Assembly: GCA_035308485.1 (NCBI GenBank)
Contig: DATGGN010000009.1
Coordinates: forward strand, 6,540 to 70,539
Direction: 5' to 3'
Length of the DNA stretch: 64,000 nt
From: Rhizomicrobium sp.
GTDB lineage: Bacteria; Pseudomonadota; Alphaproteobacteria; Micropepsales; Micropepsaceae
Below, piece after piece: positions 37,718-48,023 of this stretch; position 1 is the first letter of the stretch; each line of letters begins with the position of its first letter. Both the position numbers and the translations under genes were made by a program. The notes beneath the pieces were generated by a model that worked only from the letters and a program-made list of their open reading frames with translations, searched no databases and was not told the origin of the DNA.

Positions 37718-38167
37718 ATGATGAGCTGGACGGATGAGCGCATCGAGCAACTGAAATCGCTATGGACGGAGGGGCTTTCTGCAAGCCACATCGCCAAGGT
37801 GATGGGGGGCGGCATCAGCCGGAACGCCGTGATCGGCAAGGTGCACAGGCTGGGCCTGGCGGGACGGGTCACCGCTCCCCGCAGCGAACGGATAAGGCTT
37901 CCTTCCGCACCGCGCCATGTGCGGCACCACATTCCCGAACCACCGGTCATCGAAGAAGATCCGATCGTGCTGGAAGACGGGAGCTTCGCGACGGTGCTCA
38001 CCATCAACGACCGGATGTGCCGCTGGCCGATCGGCGATCCCGCGGAACATGAATTCCATTTTTGCGGGCGCAAGCCGAAAACGGGCTCGCCCTATTGCGA
38101 AGCGCACGCGCGCAAGGCCTATCAACCGCAGCAGCTGCGGCGAGAAAAGACGCGCCTGGCCAGCTGA
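37718..38167 (+). CDS. gcrA: Cell-cycle regulator GcrA
   Basis: MSWTDER..GLSAS.IA..SRNAVIGKVHRLGL; CRWPIGDP..FCG..YCEAH. Confidence 0.96.
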   Translation: MMSWTDERIEQLKSLWTEGLSASHIAKVMGGGISRNAVIGKVHRLGLAGRVTAPRSERIRLPSAPRHVRHHIPEPPVIEEDPIVLEDGSFATVLTINDRMCRWPIGDPAEHEFHFCGRKPKTGSPYCEAHARKAYQPQQLRREKTRLAS

Positions 38168-38168
38168 T

Positions 38169-38867
38169 TCAGGTCACGAAGGTCTCGTCGAGCGCGTAAC
38201 CCGCGGACCGGACGGTGCGGATCGGATCGCGTTCGCCGCGCGGGTTGAGCGCCTTGCGCAGCCTTCCAACGTGTACATCGACAGTGCGCGCCTCGACATA
38301 GACATCCGAGCCCCAGATCGCATCGAGCAGCTGCTCGCGGCTGAAGACGCGGCCGGGATGCTGGATCAGGTGGTCGAGCAGCTTGAATTCGGTCGGACCG
38401 AGATGGATGTCCTGGCCCGACCGGCGGACACGATGTGCAGTCCTGTCCATTTCGATATCGCCGACCCGTACAACGTCTTCGGCGAGACTTGGCCGGATGC
38501 GCCGCATCACCGCCCGCAGGCGCGCGAGCAATTCGGTCATCGAGAACGGCTTGGTGATGTAGTCGTCCGCGCCGGTGTCGAGGCCGCGGATGCGGTCGCT
38601 TTCTTCGCCGCGCGCCGTCAGCATGATGATCGGGACGTTCCGCGTTTCCTGCCTGCTGCGCAGCCTCCGGCACACTTCGATGCCCGAAAGTTGCGGCAGC
38701 ATCCAGTCGAGGAGAACGAGATCGGGCTGGCTTTCGCTGGCAACCAGCAGCGCCTCCTCCCCGTCGATCGCCTCGAGCACCCGATAGCCTTCGCGTTCGA
38801 GGTTGTACCGAAGGAGCGTGATCAGCGCTCCTTCGTCTTCGGCGACCAGGACTGTGGGTTTCAGCAT
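38169..38867 (-). CDS. phoB: Phosphate regulon response regulator
   Basis: REC + OmpR wHTH; LGPTEF and RTVDVHVGRLRK; next to phoU. Confidence 0.95.
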   Translation of the reverse strand: MLKPTVLVAEDEGALITLLRYNLEREGYRVLEAIDGEEALLVASESQPDLVLLDWMLPQLSGIEVCRRLRSRQETRNVPIIMLTARGEESDRIRGLDTGADDYITKPFSMTELLARLRAVMRRIRPSLAEDVVRVGDIEMDRTAHRVRRSGQDIHLGPTEFKLLDHLIQHPGRVFSREQLLDAIWGSDVYVEARTVDVHVGRLRKALNPRGERDPIRTVRSAGYALDETFVT

Positions 38868-39583
38868 CAGGTCTTCCGCTCAAAGGGAATGGTGGTCGAA
38901 GACGTGACATCGGCCTTGGGCCGCTCGATGGCGAGATGGCCGCCGCTGACCATGTGATAAACCGTTTCGGCGATATTGGTCGCGTGATCGCCGCAGCGCT
39001 CGATGTTCTTCGCCACGAACAGAAGATGTGTACACAGACTGATGGTCCGCGGATCTTCCATCATGTAGGTCAGGAGTTCGCGAAACAGGCTGTTGTAGAT
39101 TTCGTCGATCTCGTTGTCCTGCCGCCAGACCGCCTCGGCCCCGGCCGCATCGCGATCCGAATAGGCATCCAGGACGAGCTTGAGCTGCGCAAGCGTGACC
39201 TTGCCCATGCGCGCCAGACTCGAGGTGAGGCGAATGGGAGGCTCGCGATTGAGCACCAGCGCCCGCTTGGCAATGTTCTTGGCAAGGTCGCCGACCCGTT
39301 CGAGCTCACTCGCGATCTTGATCGCCGCAAGCGTGTCGCGAAGGTCGATCGCCATCGGCTGGCGCAGCGCCAGCACCCTGACCGCCTGCTCCTCGATCGA
39401 CTGTTGCAGCTGGTCGATCCGCGGATCACCGGCGATCGCCGCCTCGGCAAGGGCCATGTCCCGCCTGGCGATCGCCTCGATGGCTTCGCCAAACTGGGTC
39501 TCGGCGAGGCCGCCCATCTGCGCAACGCTCGTGGAAAGGCTTTCAAGCTGCTCGCCGAACGCCCTTACCGTATGTTCGCTCAT
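38867..39583 (-). CDS. phoU: Phosphate signalling protein PhoU
   Basis: QPMAIDLR, LERVGDLAKNIA, ERCGDHATNIAE. Confidence 0.96.
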   Translation of the reverse strand: MSEHTVRAFGEQLESLSTSVAQMGGLAETQFGEAIEAIARRDMALAEAAIAGDPRIDQLQQSIEEQAVRVLALRQPMAIDLRDTLAAIKIASELERVGDLAKNIAKRALVLNREPPIRLTSSLARMGKVTLAQLKLVLDAYSDRDAAGAEAVWRQDNEIDEIYNSLFRELLTYMMEDPRTISLCTHLLFVAKNIERCGDHATNIAETVYHMVSGGHLAIERPKADVTSSTTIPFERKT

Positions 39584-39661
39584 CCGAAATCTCTACGCTC
39601 GCGGCGGCCGAATCGCCGTGCCTGCGACCGGTCCTGCCTAGCCATTAAGCGGCACGTCTTT

Positions 39662-39679
39662 GCGACAGTTTTGTATCAC
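39662..39679 (-). promoter_or_regulatory. Possible Pho box upstream of phoU
   Basis: GTGATAC-AAAA-CTGTCGC, 7-4-7 spacing, degenerate first half. Confidence 0.4.
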
Positions 39680-40992
39680 TTTCGTGAAGGCTGCGGCACC
39701 GCAGGAAGCAACACGGTAAAAGTGCTCCCCTCGCCGGTCTGGCTGTCGATGACCAGCCTGCCATGGTGGCGGTTGACGATGTGCTTCACGATGGCAAGGC
39801 CAAGCCCTGTCCCGCCCCGCTCCCGGCTCCGCCGGACGTCCACCCGATAAAACCGCTCCGTCAGCCGCGGGATGGCCTCGCGCGGGATGCCCTCACCTTC
39901 GTCCTTGACGGAAACCGCAACAAACGACTCGGCCCCATGGCGGCCAGGAACCGTCGCCTCTGCCGGATGCGGCGAGAAGGTGACGTTCACGTCCCCTCCC
40001 GGGCGGCCGTACTTGATCGCATTGTGAATCAGGTTCTGAAACAGCTGAACAAGCTCGTCGCGGTCGCCGAGTACCGGCGGCAGATCGTTCTGTTGCCCGA
40101 TCGAGAGAGTCACCCTGTCAAGGCTGGCCAGGCCCTGCAGCGCGGCCGCCGCCTCGCTGACGACCGCGTGGATATCCACTTCGTCCACAGGCGGCACATG
40201 TTCGTTCTGCTCGATGCGCGTGAGCGACAGGAGATCGTCGATCAGCCTGCGCATGCGGTTCGCCTCGCCGCTCATGATGTCGAGAAATCGTTCGCGCGCC
40301 TCTTCATCATCCCTGGCATGGCCGCGCAGGGTGTCGATGAAGCCGGACAGGGCGGCAAGCGGCGTGCGGAGTTCGTGGCTCGCATTGGCGATGAAGTCGC
40401 TGCGTGCCTCCTGCGCGCGCACCATGGCTGTCACATTGTGAAGAAGCACGGCAATGAGCCGCGGCGTATGTTCCGTGCACGTCACATGGACCTGATAATG
40501 CTGCTCGGTCGGTACGCGCAGGGAAACCTCGACGGATTGTGGCTGACCTGTGAGCGCCGTACGCTCGATCGCTTCAAGCAGCGCGGGCGTGCGCAGAACG
40601 GCCGAGACGTGCTTGTTCCTCGTCTCCGTCCCCACCAGGGCGGTCATCGCCGCGTTGGCGAGGACGACGCGATTTGACTCGTCGAGCAGCATGAGCGGAT
40701 CGGGCAAGCGCTCCAGCATTTCGCGCGCACGCGGCGGCAAAGCCGTGCCGCTGACCTCGGCGCCGTTCGAGGCAGCTGTCGTCGCCTCCTCGCTCCGGCG
40801 CGAAAGGCCCAGGCCGAATGCCACGCTCAGGAGACCTGCAACGACCAGCAGCTCCGGCGCATAGGGGGCGCGCAACAAAAGGAGCGCTGCACCAATCGCA
40901 AAGCCGCCTGCCAGCCAACACAGGCGCTGGCCGAGCGCCAACCGCTCTCGAAAGATCGGTGCCAAGGCCTCCCCTGGAATCATGCGCATCAT
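39676..40992 (-). CDS. phoR: Phosphate sensor histidine kinase
   Basis: TM, PAS, ASHELRTPL, RLTERFYRVD, GTGLGLAIVKH; start uncertain. Confidence 0.88.
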   Translation of the reverse strand: MMRMIPGEALAPIFRERLALGQRLCWLAGGFAIGAALLLLRAPYAPELLVVAGLLSVAFGLGLSRRSEEATTAASNGAEVSGTALPPRAREMLERLPDPLMLLDESNRVVLANAAMTALVGTETRNKHVSAVLRTPALLEAIERTALTGQPQSVEVSLRVPTEQHYQVHVTCTEHTPRLIAVLLHNVTAMVRAQEARSDFIANASHELRTPLAALSGFIDTLRGHARDDEEARERFLDIMSGEANRMRRLIDDLLSLTRIEQNEHVPPVDEVDIHAVVSEAAAALQGLASLDRVTLSIGQQNDLPPVLGDRDELVQLFQNLIHNAIKYGRPGGDVNVTFSPHPAEATVPGRHGAESFVAVSVKDEGEGIPREAIPRLTERFYRVDVRRSRERGGTGLGLAIVKHIVNRHHGRLVIDSQTGEGSTFTVLLPAVPQPSRK

Positions 40993-41047
40993 CCTATCCA
41001 CAATCGACGGCGCGTGAACCGGAAATAAGACAGGCAAAATGCTGCAA

Positions 41048-42790
41048 TTATGCGACCACCCGCCTGAGGTCGGATTTCATGATTTTTCCGTTCGCATTGC
41101 GGGGCAGGGTTTCCGGCCAGAAAACGATCTTCACCGGCACTTTGAAGGCGGCGAGCCGGCTCGCCACAAACCCGCGCAATTCGGCTTCTGTCGTGTGCTG
41201 CCCGGGCTTCAGATGTACCACGGCGGCGGGCTCCTCTCCCAGCGAATGGTGGGGAACGGGAACGAGCGCGGCGTCCATGACGGCGGGGTGCTCGTAAAGC
41301 ACGTTTTCGACTTCCACGCAGTAGATGTTCTCGCCTCCCCGGATCAGCATGTCCTTTGCGCGGTCAACGATGGTACAAAATCCTTCTTCGTCCAGGCGGG
41401 CGAGATCGCCCGTACGCACCCATCCGTCGACGAATGTTTCCGCGGTTTCCCGCGGTCGGTTCCAGTATCCCTTCACGATGTTGGGACCGCGCGCCCAAAG
41501 CTCGCCGATTTCTCCCGGAGGCAGGACGGATTCGTCGGGTCCCACCACCTTCAGATCACACACTGCCACGGGAGGACCACAGGACTCCGGACGATGTTCG
41601 TAATCCTCGCCGCTGTGATGCGTACAGGTGGCCGAAGTTTCCGTCATTCCCCATCCGTTGCCGGGTAAGGATCCGGGGAACGCGCTCACGATCTTTCGCA
41701 CCAGTTCAGGCGCCGACGGCGCCCCGCCATACGCGACGCTCTCGAGCGACGAGAGATCGAACCTGCCGCGATCGGGATGTTCCAGCAGCTGCCAGGCGAT
41801 GGCGGGAACGCCACCAGCCTGGTTGACCCTTTCCCGCTCGATCAGCTTCAATGCCGTCTCCACGTCCCATTTGCGCATCAGCACAAGCTTTGCGCCCGTG
41901 TAGAGCGCCGGATTGAGCACTGCAAAACAGCCCGTGGCGTGAAAAAAAGGTACCGAGAGGAGTGCCGCGCGCTGCGGGGCGGTCAGCGGATCGGGAACCG
42001 GCACCGGTTCGCCCCTTCGGAGAAAGTTGCGCGCCTGGGAAAATCCGGCGGCCATGATGTTGGAATTCATGTTCCGGTGCGTGCCGAGCGCGCCTTTGGG
42101 CTTTCCCGTCGTGCCCGAGGTGTACAGAATCGTCGCGTCGTCATCCGGCGCGAGCGCGACGTCTGGCAACGTACCATCCGGCAGTTCCGACCAGGCGTCT
42201 ACCCGGCCGGTGACCGCCTCGAGCCGCGAAACGATCGGGTGGGGCAGCTCGTCGGGATACCGGCTGACATAAACGTGTTCCAGTGCCGGACAATTCACAA
42301 AATGCTCGGCCAGACGCCCGAGACGTTCGGCATCCGCAAAAACCGTTTTTGCGCCGCAATCGACGAGGCCATATTCGAGTTCCGACCCCGTCCACCACGC
42401 GTTCAGCGGCGTTACAATCGCGCCGGCGACGGCGGCGCCGTAAAACGCCGCGGCCCACTCCGGAAGATTGCGCATGACGATGGCGACACGATCGCCCTTC
42501 TTTACGCCGTTCGATACCAGCGCCCCCGCGATTGCACACGACGCGCGCCAGAAAGAGTCGAAGCTGACGCGCTCATTTTCGTACACGAGAAAATCGCGGG
42601 TGCCATAAAGCCGGCCCGTCGTCAGCACATCTCGCAGGGTCGACGGCGCGTGTTTCCAGCAGCGCGTGGGCACGCCGCCGATCACGACCTCCTCCGTCTC
42701 GAAACGCGAGCCGGGCGCAGTCAGGAGTACGTGGGCCGCGGCCAAAGACATGGCCGGCCAGTCGGGGTTCTGTCGTGCAGACGTGCTCAT
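41048..42790 (-). CDS. Long-chain fatty-acid-CoA ligase family (AMP-binding)
   Basis: YTSGTTGKPKG, GWGMTE, RTGD and RGGEN motifs. Confidence 0.93.
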   Translation of the reverse strand: MSTSARQNPDWPAMSLAAAHVLLTAPGSRFETEEVVIGGVPTRCWKHAPSTLRDVLTTGRLYGTRDFLVYENERVSFDSFWRASCAIAGALVSNGVKKGDRVAIVMRNLPEWAAAFYGAAVAGAIVTPLNAWWTGSELEYGLVDCGAKTVFADAERLGRLAEHFVNCPALEHVYVSRYPDELPHPIVSRLEAVTGRVDAWSELPDGTLPDVALAPDDDATILYTSGTTGKPKGALGTHRNMNSNIMAAGFSQARNFLRRGEPVPVPDPLTAPQRAALLSVPFFHATGCFAVLNPALYTGAKLVLMRKWDVETALKLIERERVNQAGGVPAIAWQLLEHPDRGRFDLSSLESVAYGGAPSAPELVRKIVSAFPGSLPGNGWGMTETSATCTHHSGEDYEHRPESCGPPVAVCDLKVVGPDESVLPPGEIGELWARGPNIVKGYWNRPRETAETFVDGWVRTGDLARLDEEGFCTIVDRAKDMLIRGGENIYCVEVENVLYEHPAVMDAALVPVPHHSLGEEPAAVVHLKPGQHTTEAELRGFVASRLAAFKVPVKIVFWPETLPRNANGKIMKSDLRRVVA

Positions 42791-42877
42791 GGCGAAATCG
42801 GCTTTTCCTGCTTTCCGATATGATATTACAGCTTCTCCGGAGACCGTCACGGTCCGGACAGGAAGAGAATTACGAAA

Positions 42878-44095
42878 ATGGGCAGCCCCGGCAACCTCGG
42901 TTTTTCGCCATTGCGGCTCCGGCGAATCGATCGGTTCCTCAAACAGCACTATGTCGACACGGGGAAACTCGCGGGGGCATTGGTGACTATCGCGCGTTGC
43001 GGCGAGACTGTGCACACAGCCGTCGTCGGACTGGCCGATCGCGAGCGCAACACGCCCCTGCGGGAAGACACGATCTTCCGCATTTATTCCATGACCAAAC
43101 CGATCACCAGCGTCGCATTCATGATGCTCGTCGAAGAAGGACTGGTCGGTCTGGACGACCCTGTGCATCGATTCATCCCTTCGTGGCGCGATCTCGGTGT
43201 GTTCGTCGCCGGCGTGCCGGGCGGATTTCAGACCAGGCGCGCGGCAACGCCGATGCGCATCATCGATCTCCTGCGCCACACATCGGGTCTGACGTATGAT
43301 TTCCAGGCGCGGACCAATGTCGATGCGGCGTACCGAAAATTCAAAATCGGCGTGATCGACAGCGGCGTCCCCCTCGATCGGATGATCGAGCTTCTCGCGC
43401 ACACGCCGCTGGAGTTCTCGCCCGGCGACGCCTGGAACTATTCGGTTTCAACGGATGTGCTCGGCTACCTGGTCGGGCTGATCTCCGGGATTCCTTTCGA
43501 GCAATTCCTGCGCGAAAGGATTCTCGATCCGCTTGAGATGGGCGACACGGATTTCATGGTGACCGCGGACAAGCATTCGCGGCTTGCGGCCTGCTACTCC
43601 CTCGACCCGCAGGGCAACGTGGTCCTGCAGGATGACCCCGCTACCAGCCGGTATCTGAAACCGCCGCCATTCATTTCGGGCGGCGGAGGACTTGTCGGTA
43701 CGGCCGCGGACTACATGAAATTCTGCCAGATGCTGCTGAACGGCGGAACGGCGAACGGCTACCGATTTCTCGGTCCCAGGACGATTGCCCTGATGACCAT
43801 GAACCATCTGCCGGATGGGAAGGAGCTGAGCGAGTCGTCACGATCGCTCTTTACCGAAGCGGCATATGGGGGCCTTGGTTTCGGTCTCGGTTTCGCCGTC
43901 GTGGTTGATCGCGCGAGGACCATGACACCCGGCAACGTAGGCGAGTATTTCTGGGGGGGCGCGGCCAGCACGGCATTCTGGATCGATCCGAAAGATCAGA
44001 TCGCCGTCGTTCTGATGACGCAACTCCTGCCTTCGTCCGGTTATCCGATACGTCATCAGTTGCGCTGGCTTGTCTATTCTGCCCTCGAGAGCTGA
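42878..44095 (+). CDS. Serine hydrolase, beta-lactamase class C-like
   Basis: SMTK, LLRHTSG, WNYS and WGGAAST motifs. Confidence 0.92.
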   Translation: MGSPGNLGFSPLRLRRIDRFLKQHYVDTGKLAGALVTIARCGETVHTAVVGLADRERNTPLREDTIFRIYSMTKPITSVAFMMLVEEGLVGLDDPVHRFIPSWRDLGVFVAGVPGGFQTRRAATPMRIIDLLRHTSGLTYDFQARTNVDAAYRKFKIGVIDSGVPLDRMIELLAHTPLEFSPGDAWNYSVSTDVLGYLVGLISGIPFEQFLRERILDPLEMGDTDFMVTADKHSRLAACYSLDPQGNVVLQDDPATSRYLKPPPFISGGGGLVGTAADYMKFCQMLLNGGTANGYRFLGPRTIALMTMNHLPDGKELSESSRSLFTEAAYGGLGFGLGFAVVVDRARTMTPGNVGEYFWGGAASTAFWIDPKDQIAVVLMTQLLPSSGYPIRHQLRWLVYSALES

Positions 44096-44205
44096 AAGTT
44101 CCCCTGTTCGGGTTACGGCGGATTAATGCGCCGGACGCGTGGGCGTCAGCAATTCGTGACATCATCGGCAAACGGGGAAGTGCCCGAGAGGTCTGCGAGC
44201 CGACC

Positions 44206-45654
44206 ATGATCGACAAAGCCGCAACGCTTCACATGGCCAACCGACTGGGATTGGGGCCTGCACCCGACCAGCTTGAACGCATCGCGGCGAGCGGCGCGGA
44301 CGAATGGCTCGACGAGCAATTGCATCCGAAGCCGGCGCAGCTTCCGGAAGCCGTGACGTCGGTGCTGAAGAGTCTGCCGAGCTTCGGAAAAGACTGCGCG
44401 ACGCTCTACGCAGAGTACGATTGGCGAGCGCAATTTTCCGATCCCAAAGCCATCCCCAAGCAGGAAAAGAAGGAATACAAAAGGCGCGAACGACGCGTGC
44501 TGAACGAAACGCAGATCGCGCGCCTGGCCCGGGCGGTTGGAAGCCCCTGGCAGCTTGAAGAAGCCCTGGTGGAGTTCTGGTTCAATCACTTCAACGTGTA
44601 CGAAAAAAAAGGGCCGGTGAAGATTTGGGTCGGCGCATACGAAGAAGAGGCGATTCGGCCGCACATCCTGGGACGATTCAGCGATCTTCTGCTGGCCACA
44701 GCCAGACATCCCGCGATGTTGATCTATCTCGACAATGCGCGGAACGTGGCGCCACAGCCGGATATCGCCCCCGGTGGAATGGGCACGCCGAAAGGGAAAA
44801 AATCGCGAGGCATCAATGAGAATTATGCGCGCGAAGTCATGGAACTGCACACACTGGGCGTGGACGGCGGATACACGCAGGCGGACGTCGTTTCGCTCGC
44901 GCACATTCTGACGGGTTGGACCGTGGGGGCCGGCGCCGATGCCGATGCGACGGCTGCCATAGACAAGTACAAGACCAAAGGCGCTTTCCGGTTTGCAACG
45001 CGGCGGCACGATCCGTCGCCGGAGTCACTGCTGGGACATTCGTTCAGCGGCGACGACGAACGAGAAGGCGAGGCGGCGCTGCTCATGCTGGCATCGCATC
45101 CCGCGACAGCGCATCACATCAGTTTTCAGCTGGCGCAGTACTTCGTTGCGGACGAGCCGGACAGCGCGCTGGTTGGCGCGATGGCGGAAACGTTTCGCAG
45201 CACCGGCGGCGATCTTCGCGCGGTCATGAAAACGATGACGACGCATCGTGAGTTCATGTCGCCGAAGAATTTCGCGACCAAATTCAAGACGCCTTACAGG
45301 TACGTTGTTTCGGTCGCGCGCATCGCGGGCCTCGCCCCGTCCGCCGTGCAGCCGCTCACGGCCGTGCTCGAAAACCTGGGCCAGCCCATCTATGGCTGCC
45401 TTACGCCGGACGGATATGCATGCACCCAATCGGCGTGGCTCGATCCCAACGGACTGCTCCGGCGGCTCTCCTTCGCGATGCGCTTCGGCGCCGGCGAGTA
45501 CGGGGGGACGGACGGGCGACCGATCGATCCCGGGCCTCTGCGCAAAATGCTTGAACCGGTCCTGGGCAGCGCGACATTGTCGGCCGTTGCCCAGCTCCCG
45601 CGCGAGACACAGGCAGGTGCTCTTCTCGGCAGCCCGGAATTCATGCGCTGCTAG
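44206..45654 (+). CDS. DUF1800 family protein
   Basis: FWFNHFNV, PAML.YLDN, NENYARE.MELHTLG. Confidence 0.93.
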   Translation: MIDKAATLHMANRLGLGPAPDQLERIAASGADEWLDEQLHPKPAQLPEAVTSVLKSLPSFGKDCATLYAEYDWRAQFSDPKAIPKQEKKEYKRRERRVLNETQIARLARAVGSPWQLEEALVEFWFNHFNVYEKKGPVKIWVGAYEEEAIRPHILGRFSDLLLATARHPAMLIYLDNARNVAPQPDIAPGGMGTPKGKKSRGINENYAREVMELHTLGVDGGYTQADVVSLAHILTGWTVGAGADADATAAIDKYKTKGAFRFATRRHDPSPESLLGHSFSGDDEREGEAALLMLASHPATAHHISFQLAQYFVADEPDSALVGAMAETFRSTGGDLRAVMKTMTTHREFMSPKNFATKFKTPYRYVVSVARIAGLAPSAVQPLTAVLENLGQPIYGCLTPDGYACTQSAWLDPNGLLRRLSFAMRFGAGEYGGTDGRPIDPGPLRKMLEPVLGSATLSAVAQLPRETQAGALLGSPEFMRC

Positions 45655-45677
45655 GCGAAAATCAGAGGAGAATCCGC

Positions 45678-46925
45678 ATGAGGCGCCGCGACTTTCTTGG
45701 GTATTCCGCCGCAGCAGGCGGGGCCGCACTGGTTTCTTTCGGATCGCGCGGATGGGCTCTCCAAAATCCGCGCGCGGGAAAGCAGCGCCTGGTCGTCGTT
45801 TTCCTGCGCGGTGCCATCGACGGCCTCAACGTGGTTATTCCGTACACCGACCAGAACTACTATGCGATGCGGCCGACAATTGCGGTTGCGCGCCCCGGTC
45901 AGGCGAACGGCGCACTCGATCTTGACGGACGGTTCGGGTTGCATCCCGCACTCGTGTCCCTGATGCCCGCATGGAAGGAGCGCAGCCTCGCATTCGTGCA
46001 TGCCTCCGGATCGCCCGACGAGTCGCGATCGCACTTCCAGGCCCAGGCATACATGGAGAGCGGCACGCCGGGCGTAAGGACGACACAGGACGGCTGGATG
46101 AACCGTGTTCTGGCCGCGTTGCCCGGTGAGCACGCACCGACCGAGGCGATCAATTTCGGACAGACCCTGCCGAGAATATTGGAAGGCTCCGTGCCCGTTG
46201 CCAGCGTTCCCACCCGCGAACGTGGTTATGGACGTGCACGCGACCTGGACGCGCCGATGCAAGACACCGCGGCGAATGCGATCTTCGATCGGATGTACAC
46301 CGGCGCCGACGCCGTCAGCGTAGCCTATCGCGAAGGGCGACAGGCGCAAACCCAGATCATGTCGGATCTCGCCCGCGACATGAGCGAGGCCGCCGCCGGA
46401 GCGCCGTCGCCGAAGGGATTTGCCGACGATGCGGCGAAGCTTTGCGAATTGATGCGGCAGGATTCGACCATTCAACTCGCGTTCTTCGCCCTGAGCGGTT
46501 GGGACACGCACGTCCGGGAAGGCGCTTCCGAGGGACAGTTGGCCAACCATCTCAAGGGGCTTGGCGACGGGCTGGCGCAGCTGCGGACCGGTCTGGGCGA
46601 TACCTATGGGCGTACGGTCGTAGTCGTCGTTTCGGAATTCGGCCGCACCGTACGGGAAAATGGCAATGGCGGCACCGATCATGGCCACGGCAACGCGATG
46701 TGGGTGATGGGCGGACCGGTCAATGGCGGAAAGATCTACGGCGACTGGCCGGGCCTCGAAGAGGACGACCTGCACGAAGGCCGGGATTTGGCCGTGACGA
46801 CCGATTTTCGAAGCGTGGTTGCCGGCGTGCTCGAAAGTCATCTCAAGGTTGGAAGGGCCGGCATCGCGGGCATTTTCCCAGGCAGCACTGCGCCGGCCCT
46901 CCCGCATCTGATCCGTTCGGCATGA
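45678..46925 (+). CDS. DUF1501 family protein (Tat signal)
   Basis: RRDFL, LRGAIDGL, RSHF.AQ, GWDTH, SEFGRT, GTDHG. Confidence 0.93.
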   Translation: MRRRDFLGYSAAAGGAALVSFGSRGWALQNPRAGKQRLVVVFLRGAIDGLNVVIPYTDQNYYAMRPTIAVARPGQANGALDLDGRFGLHPALVSLMPAWKERSLAFVHASGSPDESRSHFQAQAYMESGTPGVRTTQDGWMNRVLAALPGEHAPTEAINFGQTLPRILEGSVPVASVPTRERGYGRARDLDAPMQDTAANAIFDRMYTGADAVSVAYREGRQAQTQIMSDLARDMSEAAAGAPSPKGFADDAAKLCELMRQDSTIQLAFFALSGWDTHVREGASEGQLANHLKGLGDGLAQLRTGLGDTYGRTVVVVVSEFGRTVRENGNGGTDHGHGNAMWVMGGPVNGGKIYGDWPGLEEDDLHEGRDLAVTTDFRSVVAGVLESHLKVGRAGIAGIFPGSTAPALPHLIRSA

Positions 46926-47029
46926 CGAGACACCTGCCCGGCTTCGCCTTGCGAATTGCCTGATCTCGCTGTTATTGAAAAACGGTCCATCGCACTGCCC
47001 TTTCCCAGAGGGCGCAGGATTTTCATTTC

Positions 47030-47806
47030 ATGTCCGAAGAGATCTCCGAAGCCAAACCGATTGTCGTCGCCGGCACGGGCGGATCCGGTACACGGGCGAT
47101 CGTCAGGTTTCTCTCAAAGTGCGACGTCGATATGGGAGAAACCAAAGCGGGTCGCGATGCCGTGGCCTTCGTCGACTTGCTTGATCGGCACATCAATTCC
47201 GTTCTCGAGCTCACCCGATCCTGCGACTATGATCCTTCGGTTTTGCCCGCCCCGTTGCGGGACGAAATCGTTGCCGACTATCGCAAGGCCGCGAACGAGC
47301 ACCGGTCGAACGAAGAGGGCAGCCAGGCGTGGGGATTCAAGAACCCGCGACACATGTTTCTTTTGCCGCTGCTGAGTCTGGCCCTGCCGAAAGCGAAGTT
47401 CGTACACCTGGTCCGTGACGGGCGCGACATGCTGCTGTCTGAAAACGTTCGGCAACCAAATATGCATTTCCAGGCATTGTTTGGCCGCCCGTTTGCGAAC
47501 TCCCACGACGATATCGCGCGTTTCTGGTCCCGGACCAATACCGCGACCAAACAGTTCGGGTTAAGGGCGATGGGCGAACAATATATAAGCGTGCGAATAG
47601 AGGATTTGTGGGGACCCGAGCGGCGCAAACATGTGCAGGCGCTGGCCACGGCCCTCGACCTCGACCGCGAAGCGGCTATCCGTCGTGAGGACGTTTTCGA
47701 GGAGCGCGAAGGTTACGGCAGGGGGCGAGCCGCGGAATTTGCCTTGTCGGCAGAAACAAGGGCCGAATTTGAAGCCGCGCTGTCGGAATTCGGATACATC
47801 CCCTAG
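47030..47806 (+). CDS. Sulfotransferase family protein
   Basis: GTGGSGT, WGFKNP and HLVRDGRD motifs. Confidence 0.85.
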   Translation: MSEEISEAKPIVVAGTGGSGTRAIVRFLSKCDVDMGETKAGRDAVAFVDLLDRHINSVLELTRSCDYDPSVLPAPLRDEIVADYRKAANEHRSNEEGSQAWGFKNPRHMFLLPLLSLALPKAKFVHLVRDGRDMLLSENVRQPNMHFQALFGRPFANSHDDIARFWSRTNTATKQFGLRAMGEQYISVRIEDLWGPERRKHVQALATALDLDREAAIRREDVFEEREGYGRGRAAEFALSAETRAEFEAALSEFGYIP

Positions 47807-47833
47807 ACTGCACGCCGTCTGTGTTGATTCCCG
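47805..47833 (-). promoter_or_regulatory. ECF promoter motif GAAT-N18-GTCT facing antisense into the sulfotransferase
   Basis: cgggaat-caacacagacggcgtgca-gtct on - strand. Confidence 0.55.
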
Positions 47834-48023
47834 CGCCCGGAATAATTCGGTGACACTTTGTACTTTGTTCACCGCCCGACAGCCTCAGGTTACCGGCTTC
47901 CTTACGCGCATACTGAGCGGTCGAGCGAGAGTTTGACCGCTCAAAATGCAAGCGGCCGCAGGCAGGGAGAGAGGGGCCTGCGGCCATTCGCAACCGCGTC
48001 GCAGAGCACTGCGACGCACAACG

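Noticed and set aside
42791-43402. N-terminal 200-aa extension of the acyl-CoA ligase
   Set aside because: Overlaps the divergent serine hydrolase; real start more likely at 42790
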